32,000 nt of DNA, taken from Synechocystis sp. PCC 6803 substr. PCC-P. GTDB lineage: Bacteria; Cyanobacteriota; Cyanobacteriia; Cyanobacteriales; Microcystaceae. The notes under the pieces were generated by a model, which had not been told where the DNA came from, searched no databases, and saw only the letters and a list, made by a program, of their open reading frames with translations. This document shows positions 18,993 through 25,466 of the stretch, one piece after another (within the stretch, counting starts at the first letter, position 1; every line of letters begins with the position of its first letter). Made by a program: the position numbers and the translations under genes. The stretch is from positions 360,001 through 392,000 of the forward strand of contig NC_017039.1 of the NCBI RefSeq assembly GCF_000284455.1, in the 5' to 3' direction.

Positions 18993-19939
18993 TAGTCACT
19001 TCAATTAACGATGAGAGAATTTAATGTAAAATTATGGGGTGTACAAAATGAACAGGTTTAAACAATGGCTTACAGTTTAGATTTAAGGCAAAGGGTAGTA
19101 GCTTATATAGAAGCTGGAGGAAAAATAACTGAGGCTTCCAAGATATATAAAATAGGAAAAGCCTCGATATACAGATGGTTAAATAGAGTAGATTTAAGCC
19201 CAACAAAAGTAGAGCGTCGCCATAGGAAATTAGACTGGGAAGCTCTAAAAAAAGACGTAGAAGAAAATCCCGATGCAAGATTGATAGACAGAGCCAAGAA
19301 ATTTGGAGTGAGGCCGAGTGCCGTATATTACGCATTAAAGAAAATGAAAATAAACAGAAAAAAAAAAGAACTACGTTATCGAGAAAGAAACCGGGAGGAA
19401 CGAGTTAAGTACTATAGAATGTTAAGAGAACTAATCAAGCTCTATGGTAGTCAAGCTATAGTTTACATAGATGAATCTGGATTCGAAGCAATCCAGGCTT
19501 GTATTTATGCCTGGTCAAAAAAAGGAAAAAAAGTTTATGGAGATAGACAAGGAAAAAGGGGAGTCAGAGAAAATCTAGTAGCAGGGAGAAGAAAAGGAAA
19601 AAAAGATTTGATTGCACCGATGGTTTTTACTGGGAGTTTGAATGCAGAAGGCTTTGAAGGATGGTTAAAATTATATTTACTACCCTCCCTCGACATTCCA
19701 TCAATATTAATAATGGATAATGCTCCTATTCATCGTAAAACTGCCATTAAAGAATTGGCTAAAGAAGCAGGTCATGAAGTTCTTTTTTTGCCGAAATATT
19801 CTCCTGATTTAAATGATATTGAGCATGACTTTAGTGCCTTGAAACGAGCTAGAATGTACGCTCCTATTGACACGTCTCTTGATGAAATTATCCGTTCTTA
19901 CTGTGGCGTTTAGCGTCTCAGCCTTATTTGAAACTACTA
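18993..19939 (+). mobile_element. IS630/Tc1-mariner-family insertion sequence (ISY100-like), 947 bp, with TA target-site duplication
   Basis: TA at 18991-18992 and at 19940-19941. Imperfect terminal inverted repeats: TAGTCACTTCAATTAACG versus the reverse complement TAGTAGTTTCAAATAAGG (13/18 match). One 282-aa transposase ORF fills the element. Confidence 0.9.
19065..19913 (+). CDS. IS630-family (DDE) transposase
   Basis: 282-aa ORF. N-terminal HTH-like region (GKASIYRWLNR), then VYIDESGF and ILIMDNAPIHRK....LFLPKYSPDLNDIEH (DDE/D motif context). Confidence 0.95.
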   Translation: MAYSLDLRQRVVAYIEAGGKITEASKIYKIGKASIYRWLNRVDLSPTKVERRHRKLDWEALKKDVEENPDARLIDRAKKFGVRPSAVYYALKKMKINRKKKELRYRERNREERVKYYRMLRELIKLYGSQAIVYIDESGFEAIQACIYAWSKKGKKVYGDRQGKRGVRENLVAGRRKGKKDLIAPMVFTGSLNAEGFEGWLKLYLLPSLDIPSILIMDNAPIHRKTAIKELAKEAGHEVLFLPKYSPDLNDIEHDFSALKRARMYAPIDTSLDEIIRSYCGV

Positions 19940-20029
19940 TATGTGTCTAAATCAGGTTCATATTCAGAAAATATCAATCTAATTTTTAAGAATATATAGG
20001 ACTAAAGAATTAAAATTTAAATAAAAACT

Positions 20030-21175
20030 ATGCCTAGAAACCTCAAAGTTCACCTTTGGTTGCCTAATATTTTCCAGTTTAAAGGAGGAATTCAAGTTTA
20101 TTGTGCTTTTTTGATCGAAGCTTTACAGGAAGTCTATCCAAATGCCTTCTATGATGTCTTTTTAAAACATGATACCCATTACACGCCTAATGTAAGAGTT
20201 TTGCCTGAAACTAAATTTCATTATGGAGGAAATATTCCTCTAAAATTGAGAACTTTTTATTTTGCTCTCTTATTATTTATCAGTAGCTTCCAAAAAAGAC
20301 CAGATTTAATTATTTGCGGCCATGCTAATTTCACTCCTGTAGCTCATTTGGTTCAACGATTAATGGGTATTTCTTACTGGACAGTGGCCCATGGAGTAGA
20401 TGCCTGGAACCTCCAAAATCCGCATATCATTCAAGCTTTGCGCCATGCTGACCGAATTCTGGCCGTTAGTCACTACACCCGCGATCGCCTCCTCCAGGAA
20501 CAAGCTCTTGATCCAGAGAAAGTTGTTGTTCTTCCTAATACCTTTGATACTTCACGCTTTCAAATTGCCCCGAAACCCCAATCTTTACTCGAAAAATATA
20601 ATCTCACCCCAGATCAGCAGGTTATTTTGACCATTGCCAGATTAGCTGGGGAAGAACGTTATAAAGGCTATGACCAAATTATCCGTGCTTTACCAGAGAT
20701 TATTAAAACTATTCCCAATATCCATTACCTAATCGGCGGTAAAGGAGGCGATCGCCCTAGAATCGAAAAACTAATTCAAGATCTAGACTTAGAAGATTAC
20801 GTTACCCTAGCAGGATTCATCCCCGACGAAGAACTAGCCGATCACTATAACCTCTGTGATGTTTTCGCCATGCCTAGTAAAGGGGAAGGTTTTGGTATTG
20901 TGTATCTAGAAGCCATGGCCTGCGGAAAACCCACCATTGGTGGTAATCAAGATGGGGCGATCGATGCTCTATGCAATGGCGAACTGGGAGTGTTAGTGAA
21001 TCCCGATGATCTGGACGAAATTAGCACAGTAATTACCCAAATCCTAGAAAAGACCTATCCCTTACCAATTCTCTATCAACCAGAAACTCTCCGGCAAAAA
21101 GTGATTGAAATTTATGGATTTGAGCAGTTTAAACAAAATTTAGCTCAACTTTTATCTGCTCAATTCAACCAGTAA
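20030..21175 (+). CDS. Glycosyltransferase family 4 (GT-B)
   Basis: 381-aa ORF with LTIARLAGEERYKGYD and MPSKGEGFGIVYLEAMACGKPTIGGNQDGAIDAL. Confidence 0.85.
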   Translation: MPRNLKVHLWLPNIFQFKGGIQVYCAFLIEALQEVYPNAFYDVFLKHDTHYTPNVRVLPETKFHYGGNIPLKLRTFYFALLLFISSFQKRPDLIICGHANFTPVAHLVQRLMGISYWTVAHGVDAWNLQNPHIIQALRHADRILAVSHYTRDRLLQEQALDPEKVVVLPNTFDTSRFQIAPKPQSLLEKYNLTPDQQVILTIARLAGEERYKGYDQIIRALPEIIKTIPNIHYLIGGKGGDRPRIEKLIQDLDLEDYVTLAGFIPDEELADHYNLCDVFAMPSKGEGFGIVYLEAMACGKPTIGGNQDGAIDALCNGELGVLVNPDDLDEISTVITQILEKTYPLPILYQPETLRQKVIEIYGFEQFKQNLAQLLSAQFNQ

Positions 21176-21176
21176 T

Positions 21177-22337
21177 ATGAGAATTTCACACATAATTGCA
21201 GACTTGGCCCCTGAAGCAGGGGGGCCATCCATAACTGTTACCAATTTGACTGATGCCCTTTCCCACCAGAACTTCACCGAAGTTACTCTTTTGAGCCAAT
21301 GCTTAACAGATAGCTCAGTTGTTGCTCCTGCTCCAAACTCTAAAGTTAATCGAATCATTGTAAACAGCTCTCACAGAATTGCCCTATCCCTAGGATTGCC
21401 ATTAAATAACCTACTCCGCTCCCGTTTAAGCTCTTACCCGTCCGACATTATCCATGGCCATGGCCTGTGGCATCCGATTAGCTATTGGAGGAGTCAAACT
21501 GCCAAGCAATATAACATTCCCCTAGTTATCCATCCTAGAGGCATGCTCGAACCCTGGGCCCTCAACTACCGTAAATTCAAAAAACGGATTGCCCTATGGC
21601 TCTATCAAAATCGTGATCTACAACGGGCTCAAATACTGTTTGCCACAGCCAACCAGGAAGCCCAGAGTCTTCGTCATTTTGGTCTGCGTCAGCCTATAGC
21701 TATTACTCCCAACGGCATTCTTTTCCCCACGCTAGAATCTCAAGCATCTCCTCCGGAATCATCACGCCACCGAACAGCTCTATTCCTCAGTCGCATTCAT
21801 CCCAAAAAGGGATTAATGAACCTAATCCAAGCCTGGCATCAAGTTTCCCCCCCAGACTGGCAACTACTCATTGCTGGCCCCAACGAAAATAATCACCGTG
21901 CTGAAGTTCAAGCCCAAATCAAACAACACCAATTAGAGCAAACGATCAAAATCCTTGACTCTGTGGAGGGAGAAGCCAAAGCCAACCTTTACCGTCAGGC
22001 TGATCTGTTTATTCTGCCCACCTTTAGTGAAAACTTTGGCGTCGTAGTTGCCGAAGCCCTTTCCTATGGCATTCCCGTCATCACCACCACTGGGACTCCC
22101 TGGCAAGATCTCCAAACTTACCGTTGTGGTTGGTGGGTAGAACCGACAGTTGCGACTATTGCCGATGCTCTCCAGCAAGCAACAATTCTACATCCCCAGG
22201 AATTACGAACTATGGGGGAAAGAGGTAGAGCATACGTCAAATGCTACGACTGGAATGCCATCGCCCAGGACACCCTTGCCGTTTACCGCTGGATTCTGAA
22301 TCAGGGACCAAAACCTGACTGCGTTATCTTGGACTAG
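21177..22337 (+). CDS. Glycosyltransferase family 4 (GT-B)
   Basis: 386-aa ORF with LFLSRIHPKKGL and LPTFSENFGVVVAEALSYGIPVITTTGTPWQDL. Confidence 0.85.
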   Translation: MRISHIIADLAPEAGGPSITVTNLTDALSHQNFTEVTLLSQCLTDSSVVAPAPNSKVNRIIVNSSHRIALSLGLPLNNLLRSRLSSYPSDIIHGHGLWHPISYWRSQTAKQYNIPLVIHPRGMLEPWALNYRKFKKRIALWLYQNRDLQRAQILFATANQEAQSLRHFGLRQPIAITPNGILFPTLESQASPPESSRHRTALFLSRIHPKKGLMNLIQAWHQVSPPDWQLLIAGPNENNHRAEVQAQIKQHQLEQTIKILDSVEGEAKANLYRQADLFILPTFSENFGVVVAEALSYGIPVITTTGTPWQDLQTYRCGWWVEPTVATIADALQQATILHPQELRTMGERGRAYVKCYDWNAIAQDTLAVYRWILNQGPKPDCVILD

Positions 22338-22341
22338 AGCC

Positions 22342-22395
22342 ATGGCAAGTTTTCTAGCTTTACTGCCCCGCTCCCTGACGACGTTTCCCTTATGA
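22342..22395 (+). repeat. Head block copy 1: 17-codon leader ORF MASFLALLPRSLTTFPL*, truncated by the hicBA cargo
   Basis: Codons 1-15 encode the same peptide as copies at 23300, 24277 and 24980, differing only by synonymous changes. The stop TGA overlaps the hicB ATG (TTATGA). Confidence 0.8.
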
Positions 22396-22646
22396 AAAAA
22401 GTAACCATGACAGTCACTCCCAAGCAAATTTATAACTATACTGTTCTTCTAGAAAAAGAGCTTGATGGCGGTTATCACGCCTTTTGCCCAATGCTCAAAG
22501 GATGCCATTCCCAAGGAGACACCTTTGAAGAAGCCATACAAAACATTACAGAGGCTATTGAACTATACATTGAAAGCTTGATAGCCGAACATCAGCCCGT
22601 TCCTAAGGAAGATTTAATTGTCAAACCATTGAGTATTTTGGTGTGA
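22392..22646 (+). CDS. hicB: HicB-family antitoxin
   Basis: 84-aa ORF with GGYHAFCPMLKGCHSQGDTFEEAIQNITEAIELYIESL, a typical HicB N-terminal domain. GTGA overlap with hicA. An alternative start is ATG 22407. Confidence 0.85.
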   Translation: MKKVTMTVTPKQIYNYTVLLEKELDGGYHAFCPMLKGCHSQGDTFEEAIQNITEAIELYIESLIAEHQPVPKEDLIVKPLSILV

Positions 22647-22873
22647 GCAATCTTCCAAGCGTCCAAGCCAAAGATTTTATTCGAGTAATCAAAAAGCTCG
22701 GATTTTTTCTGGAGCGCCAGAAAGGGAGCCATGCCATTTATAAAAATACCCAGGGTAATCGAGTTGTGGTTCCCATCCATCCCGGAAAAGATTTAAAGCA
22801 GGGGACACTGATGGGCATGATTAAAGATATTGGACTTGAAAAAGAAAAATTTTTTGACTTACTACAAAAATAG
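22643..22873 (+). CDS. hicA: HicA-family mRNA-interferase toxin
   Basis: 76-aa ORF with KDFIRVIKKLGFFLERQKGSHAIYKN.....VVVPIHPGKDLKQGTLMGMIKDIGL, a typical HicA. Confidence 0.85.
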   Translation: MSNLPSVQAKDFIRVIKKLGFFLERQKGSHAIYKNTQGNRVVVPIHPGKDLKQGTLMGMIKDIGLEKEKFFDLLQK

Positions 22874-22884
22874 TAATTTGTGTG

Positions 22885-22935
22885 ATCGCTCATTTGCTTA
22901 GCTTCCTCCAGGAGTACGGTGAATAAATAGGCGAT
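22885..22935 (+). repeat. Tail block copy 1 (...LLSFLQEYGE* plus ATAGGCGATC), orphaned downstream of hicA
   Basis: Aligns with the 3-prime ends of ORFs 23300-23794 and 24980-25390. The last 9 codons are identical in amino-acid sequence and differ only at synonymous sites. Confidence 0.75.
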
Positions 22936-23266
22936 CAACGTCAACGACGTGGCCCAGGCCCACGTTCTCGGATTAACTTACCTTTTGCAGGGGGGAGCTA
23001 CCAACATCTTTAACCTCGGTAATGGCAATGGCTTCTCTGTGCGGGAAATGATTGCAACAGCCCAGTTAGTCACCAATCGCCCCATTCCCGTGCTACAAGG
23101 CGATCGCCGTCCGGGAGACCCCCCGATTTTAGTGGGCAGCAGTGAAAAAGCTCGGCAAATCCTCGGTTGGCAACCCCAATATCCCCTGGCAAAAGATATT
23201 CTGACCCATGCCTGGGCTTGGCACCAACAACGCCATGGCGATAATTCCCCATGCACACAACCGTAG
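22936..23266 (+). pseudogene. 3-prime third of a second UDP-glucose 4-epimerase gene (galE stump)
   Basis: It reads (I)NVNDVAQAHVLGLTYLLQGGATNIFNLGNGNGFSVREMI...GDPPILVGSSEKARQILGWQPQY, collinear with residues ~225-330 of the intact GalE at 11487-12509. No N-terminal Rossmann part. The left junction abuts tail block 1. Confidence 0.8.
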
Positions 23267-23287
23267 CAATGGCGATCGCCAGTTAGC

Positions 23288-23299
23288 TAAACTGTAACC
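23288..23299 (+). promoter_or_regulatory. Candidate -10 box TAAACT placed 6 nt before the unit ATG (possible leaderless transcript)
   Basis: The same geometry recurs at 24265-24276 (TAAACT) and 24968-24979 (TAAAAT). No Shine-Dalgarno sequence precedes these ATGs. Motif-and-spacing argument only. Confidence 0.3.
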
Positions 23300-23794
23300 A
23301 TGGCAAGTTTTCTGGCTTTACTGCCCCGTTCATTGACCACTTTCCTTTATGCCGTTGCGGCCCTACTGAGGTTTTATGGCAACATCGACACCACCCCCAT
23401 CCCCCGAATCCCCCTCACCATCTTTGGATGGAGCTTCCTGGCGTTCACGTTGGGCACAGCGGCTCTCCTGGTTAATCTCGGCCTTGAGTGGAACACTGGA
23501 AATCGAAGCCGAAACCGAGAGATTGAAACAAGAGAACGCGAAACTCGACGAGATAATCTTGCAGACGAAGAAAGAAACCGAGCGTCTGAGGAAAGAGAAA
23601 AAGCCGATCGAGAAAGAGATCGAGCAGATCAAGAAAGAAACCGAGCAGATCAGGAAAGAAAACGAGCGGCTAGCCGTGCTCGAATCCAAAATCGAGGATT
23701 TGTTCTCCAAACACGGTATCAACTTGCCCCTAGCCCAGAAGCCAGAGCAACCCTAATCGATTTCCTTAGCTTTCTCCAGGAATACGGCGAATAA
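23300..23794 (+). CDS. Intact unit 2: small membrane protein with hydrophobic N-terminus, one clear TM helix and a charged heptad-repeat tail (unknown family)
   Basis: 164-aa ORF. TM segment IPLTIFGWSFLAFTLGTAALLVNLGL, then R/D/E/Q-rich 7-aa repeats, ending LIDFLSFLQEYGE. Paralog at 24980-25390. The N- and C-terminal codons differ from the paralog only synonymously. Confidence 0.6.
   Translation: MASFLALLPRSLTTFLYAVAALLRFYGNIDTTPIPRIPLTIFGWSFLAFTLGTAALLVNLGLEWNTGNRSRNREIETRERETRRDNLADEERNRASEEREKADRERDRADQERNRADQERKRAASRARIQNRGFVLQTRYQLAPSPEARATLIDFLSFLQEYGE
23376..23756 (+). other. Alternative +1-frame ORF inside unit 2 encoding a heptad coiled coil (candidate overprinted gene or frameshift product)
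   Basis: 126 codons: ...EIEAETERLKQENAKLDEIILQTKKETERLRKEKKPIEKEIEQIKKETEQIRKENERLAVLESKIEDLFSKHGINLPLAQKPEQP*. ATG and stop are conserved in the paralog (25056-25352). Several paralog differences are synonymous in this frame but not in the annotated frame. Confidence 0.35.
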
Positions 23795-23816
23795 ACGGCG
23801 AGCTTGATAATCTTGA

Positions 23817-24053
23817 ATGAAATTTACCCAATATTTTTTAGCTACCAGACAAAGACCAGATCGGTTAATTATTCACTTGGAGTGGATAGAATACACTATG
23901 AACAATCCTCTCAAGGAAGAAATTCAAACAGACGGTAGAATCAAATTATGGGCTTCCATCCCGGAAATGGAAGGTAGATATCTGCGTGTAGTTTTATTGT
24001 CAGATCGAGAAACTGTCCATAATGCATTTTTTGACCGCTCCTTCAAACCATGA
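23817..24053 (+). CDS. Small TA-like protein (DUF4258-like; family name from memory, moderate certainty)
   Basis: 78-aa ORF with RPDRLIIHLEWIEYTMNNP....DGRIKLWASIPEMEGRYLRVVLLSDRETVHNAFFDRSF. ATGA overlap with the downstream DUF2283-like ORF. Confidence 0.55.
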   Translation: MKFTQYFLATRQRPDRLIIHLEWIEYTMNNPLKEEIQTDGRIKLWASIPEMEGRYLRVVLLSDRETVHNAFFDRSFKP

Positions 24054-24247
24054 AGATTAAGTACTTTACTGATACAGATACCCTTTATATTGAATTTCAG
24101 TCTGCCAATATTGTCGAAACCAGGGATTTGGACGATAACACTTTAATTGACATTGACATGCACGGAAATGTCTGTGCCATAACCATTGAACACGCTCAAC
24201 AAAGAACCAATATTCCTAACATCTCGTTCGAGCAGATTGTGGCATAG
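24050..24247 (+). CDS. DUF2283-like small protein (putative partner of the upstream ORF)
   Basis: 65-aa ORF with MKIKYFTDTDTLYIEFQSANIVETRDLDDNTLIDIDMHGNVCAITIEHA, the typical DUF2283 pattern. Confidence 0.6.
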   Translation: MKIKYFTDTDTLYIEFQSANIVETRDLDDNTLIDIDMHGNVCAITIEHAQQRTNIPNISFEQIVA

Positions 24248-24276
24248 GGCGATCGCCGGTTAGCTAAACTAAGACT

Positions 24277-24336
24277 ATGGCAAGTTTTCTGGCCCTACTG
24301 CCCCGGTCCTTGACCACTTTCCTTTATAGCGAATAA
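24277..24336 (+). repeat. Collapsed unit 3: head block fused directly to the last 9 nt of the tail block (19-codon ORF MASFLALLPRSLTTFLYSE*)
   Basis: 17 head codons, then AGCGAATAA (compare GGCGAATAA at 23786-23794). Preceded by GCGATCGCC-GGTTAGCTAAACT as in unit 2. The Uma2 ATG follows 6 nt after the stop. Confidence 0.75.
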
Positions 24337-24342
24337 TTCCCC

Positions 24343-24975
24343 ATGACCCTCACCGTTGCCATTCCCCGCATTGAGATCGCCCCTGGTAGTCATTTAACTA
24401 TCCCCAATGTATCCTGGGTAGACTTTATCTCTTTGCTAAAAGAACTCGGAGAAAAACGTCATTCCCGACTCGCTTACTATCAAGGCCGACTGGAAATCAT
24501 GGCTCCCCTGGCCCTACATGAAAAACCAAATCGTCTGATTACCGATATCGTCAAAGCTATTTTGGAATGCCAAGAGCGCGACTGGGAAGACTTTGGCTCC
24601 ACCACCCTTAAACAGCCTCCCTTCGCTGGCATAGAACCAGATAGCTGTTTTTACATCCAAAATGCATCCCAGATGCGGGAATACAAAAACCTTGATCTGA
24701 ATCAATCTCCCCCCCCAGATTTAGCAATTGAATGCAATTTAAGCTCCAAAACCGTCATCGATGCGTACCAAGCCATTGGCGTTCCTGAAGTGTGGATTTA
24801 TAGCAACAATCAACTACAAATTTACCTTTATTCAGAACAAGGTTATTTAGAAAGCAACCAAAGTCAAGTTTTTCCAGATTTGGCCGTAATGTCAATGATT
24901 CCCCAACTAATTCAAAAAGCTTACCAAGTTGGCACAAGGCAAATGTTGGGTGAGTTGAAGGCACAGCTAAAATGA
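24343..24975 (+). CDS. Uma2-family (DUF820, PD-(D/E)xK-fold) putative endonuclease
   Basis: 210-aa ORF with YYQGRLEIMAPLALHEKPNRLITDIV, EPDSCFYI, PDLAIECNLSS and YQAIGVPEVWIY. Confidence 0.8.
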   Translation: MTLTVAIPRIEIAPGSHLTIPNVSWVDFISLLKELGEKRHSRLAYYQGRLEIMAPLALHEKPNRLITDIVKAILECQERDWEDFGSTTLKQPPFAGIEPDSCFYIQNASQMREYKNLDLNQSPPPDLAIECNLSSKTVIDAYQAIGVPEVWIYSNNQLQIYLYSEQGYLESNQSQVFPDLAVMSMIPQLIQKAYQVGTRQMLGELKAQLK

Positions 24976-24979
24976 ACCT

Positions 24980-25390
24980 ATGGCAAGTTTTCTAGCCTTA
25001 CTGCCCCGCTCCCTGACCACTTTCCTTTATGCTGTGGCGGCCCTACTGAGATTTTATGGCAACATCGACACCACCCCCTTCCAACTCATCCCCCTCACCA
25101 TCCTCGACTGGAGTTTCCTGGCGTTCACGTTGGGCACAGCGGCTCTCCTGGTTAATCTCGGCCTTGAGTGGAACTCTGGAAATCGAAGCCGAAACCGAGC
25201 AGATCAGGAAAGAGACAGAACAGATCAAGAAAGAGACCGAGCAGATCAGGAAAGACAACGAGCGGCTCGCCGTGCTCGAATCCAAAATCGATTCTTCCTT
25301 CGACCAACACGGTATCAACTTACCCCTAGCCCAGACACCAGAGCAGCCCTAATCGATTTCCTCAGTTTCCTCCAGGAATACGGGGAATAA
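24980..25390 (+). CDS. Intact unit 4: paralog of 23300-23794 (membrane protein with a shorter heptad-repeat tail)
   Basis: 136-aa ORF with the same N-terminus, TM helix and LIDFLSFLQEYGE end. Exactly 84 nt (four 21-nt repeats) shorter than unit 2. Confidence 0.6.
   Translation: MASFLALLPRSLTTFLYAVAALLRFYGNIDTTPFQLIPLTILDWSFLAFTLGTAALLVNLGLEWNSGNRSRNRADQERDRTDQERDRADQERQRAARRARIQNRFFLRPTRYQLTPSPDTRAALIDFLSFLQEYGE
25056..25352 (+). other. Alternative +1-frame ORF inside unit 4 (coiled-coil reading), paralog of 23376-23756
   Basis: 98 codons: ...EIEAETEQIRKETEQIKKETEQIRKDNERLAVLESKIDSSFDQHGINLPLAQTPEQP*. Three near-perfect 21-nt repeats at about 25200-25262. Confidence 0.35.
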
Positions 25391-25466
25391 ATAGGCGATC
25401 GCCCAACCCTTTCCCAACATACTCATTGTTAAGATTGACTAGTCCCCCGTTGCCTGTGAAATAACC

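Noticed and set aside
19021-19335. Minus-strand ORFs antisense to the transposase 5-prime end
   Set aside because: They lie inside a compact 947-bp IS whose single known gene is the plus-strand transposase. Leu/Phe-rich shadow.
22978-23258. Minus-strand ORFs (92 and 62 aa) inside the galE stump
   Set aside because: These are antisense shadows of a GC-rich former coding region, whereas the plus frame aligns with GalE.
23363-23722. 119-aa minus-strand ORF across the unit 2 repeat tract, and its twin at 25043-25318
   Set aside because: The frames are open only because the purine-rich 21-nt repeats contain no complement-strand stops. The product is Ser/Phe/Cys/Ile low complexity. The substitution pattern supports plus-strand frames instead.
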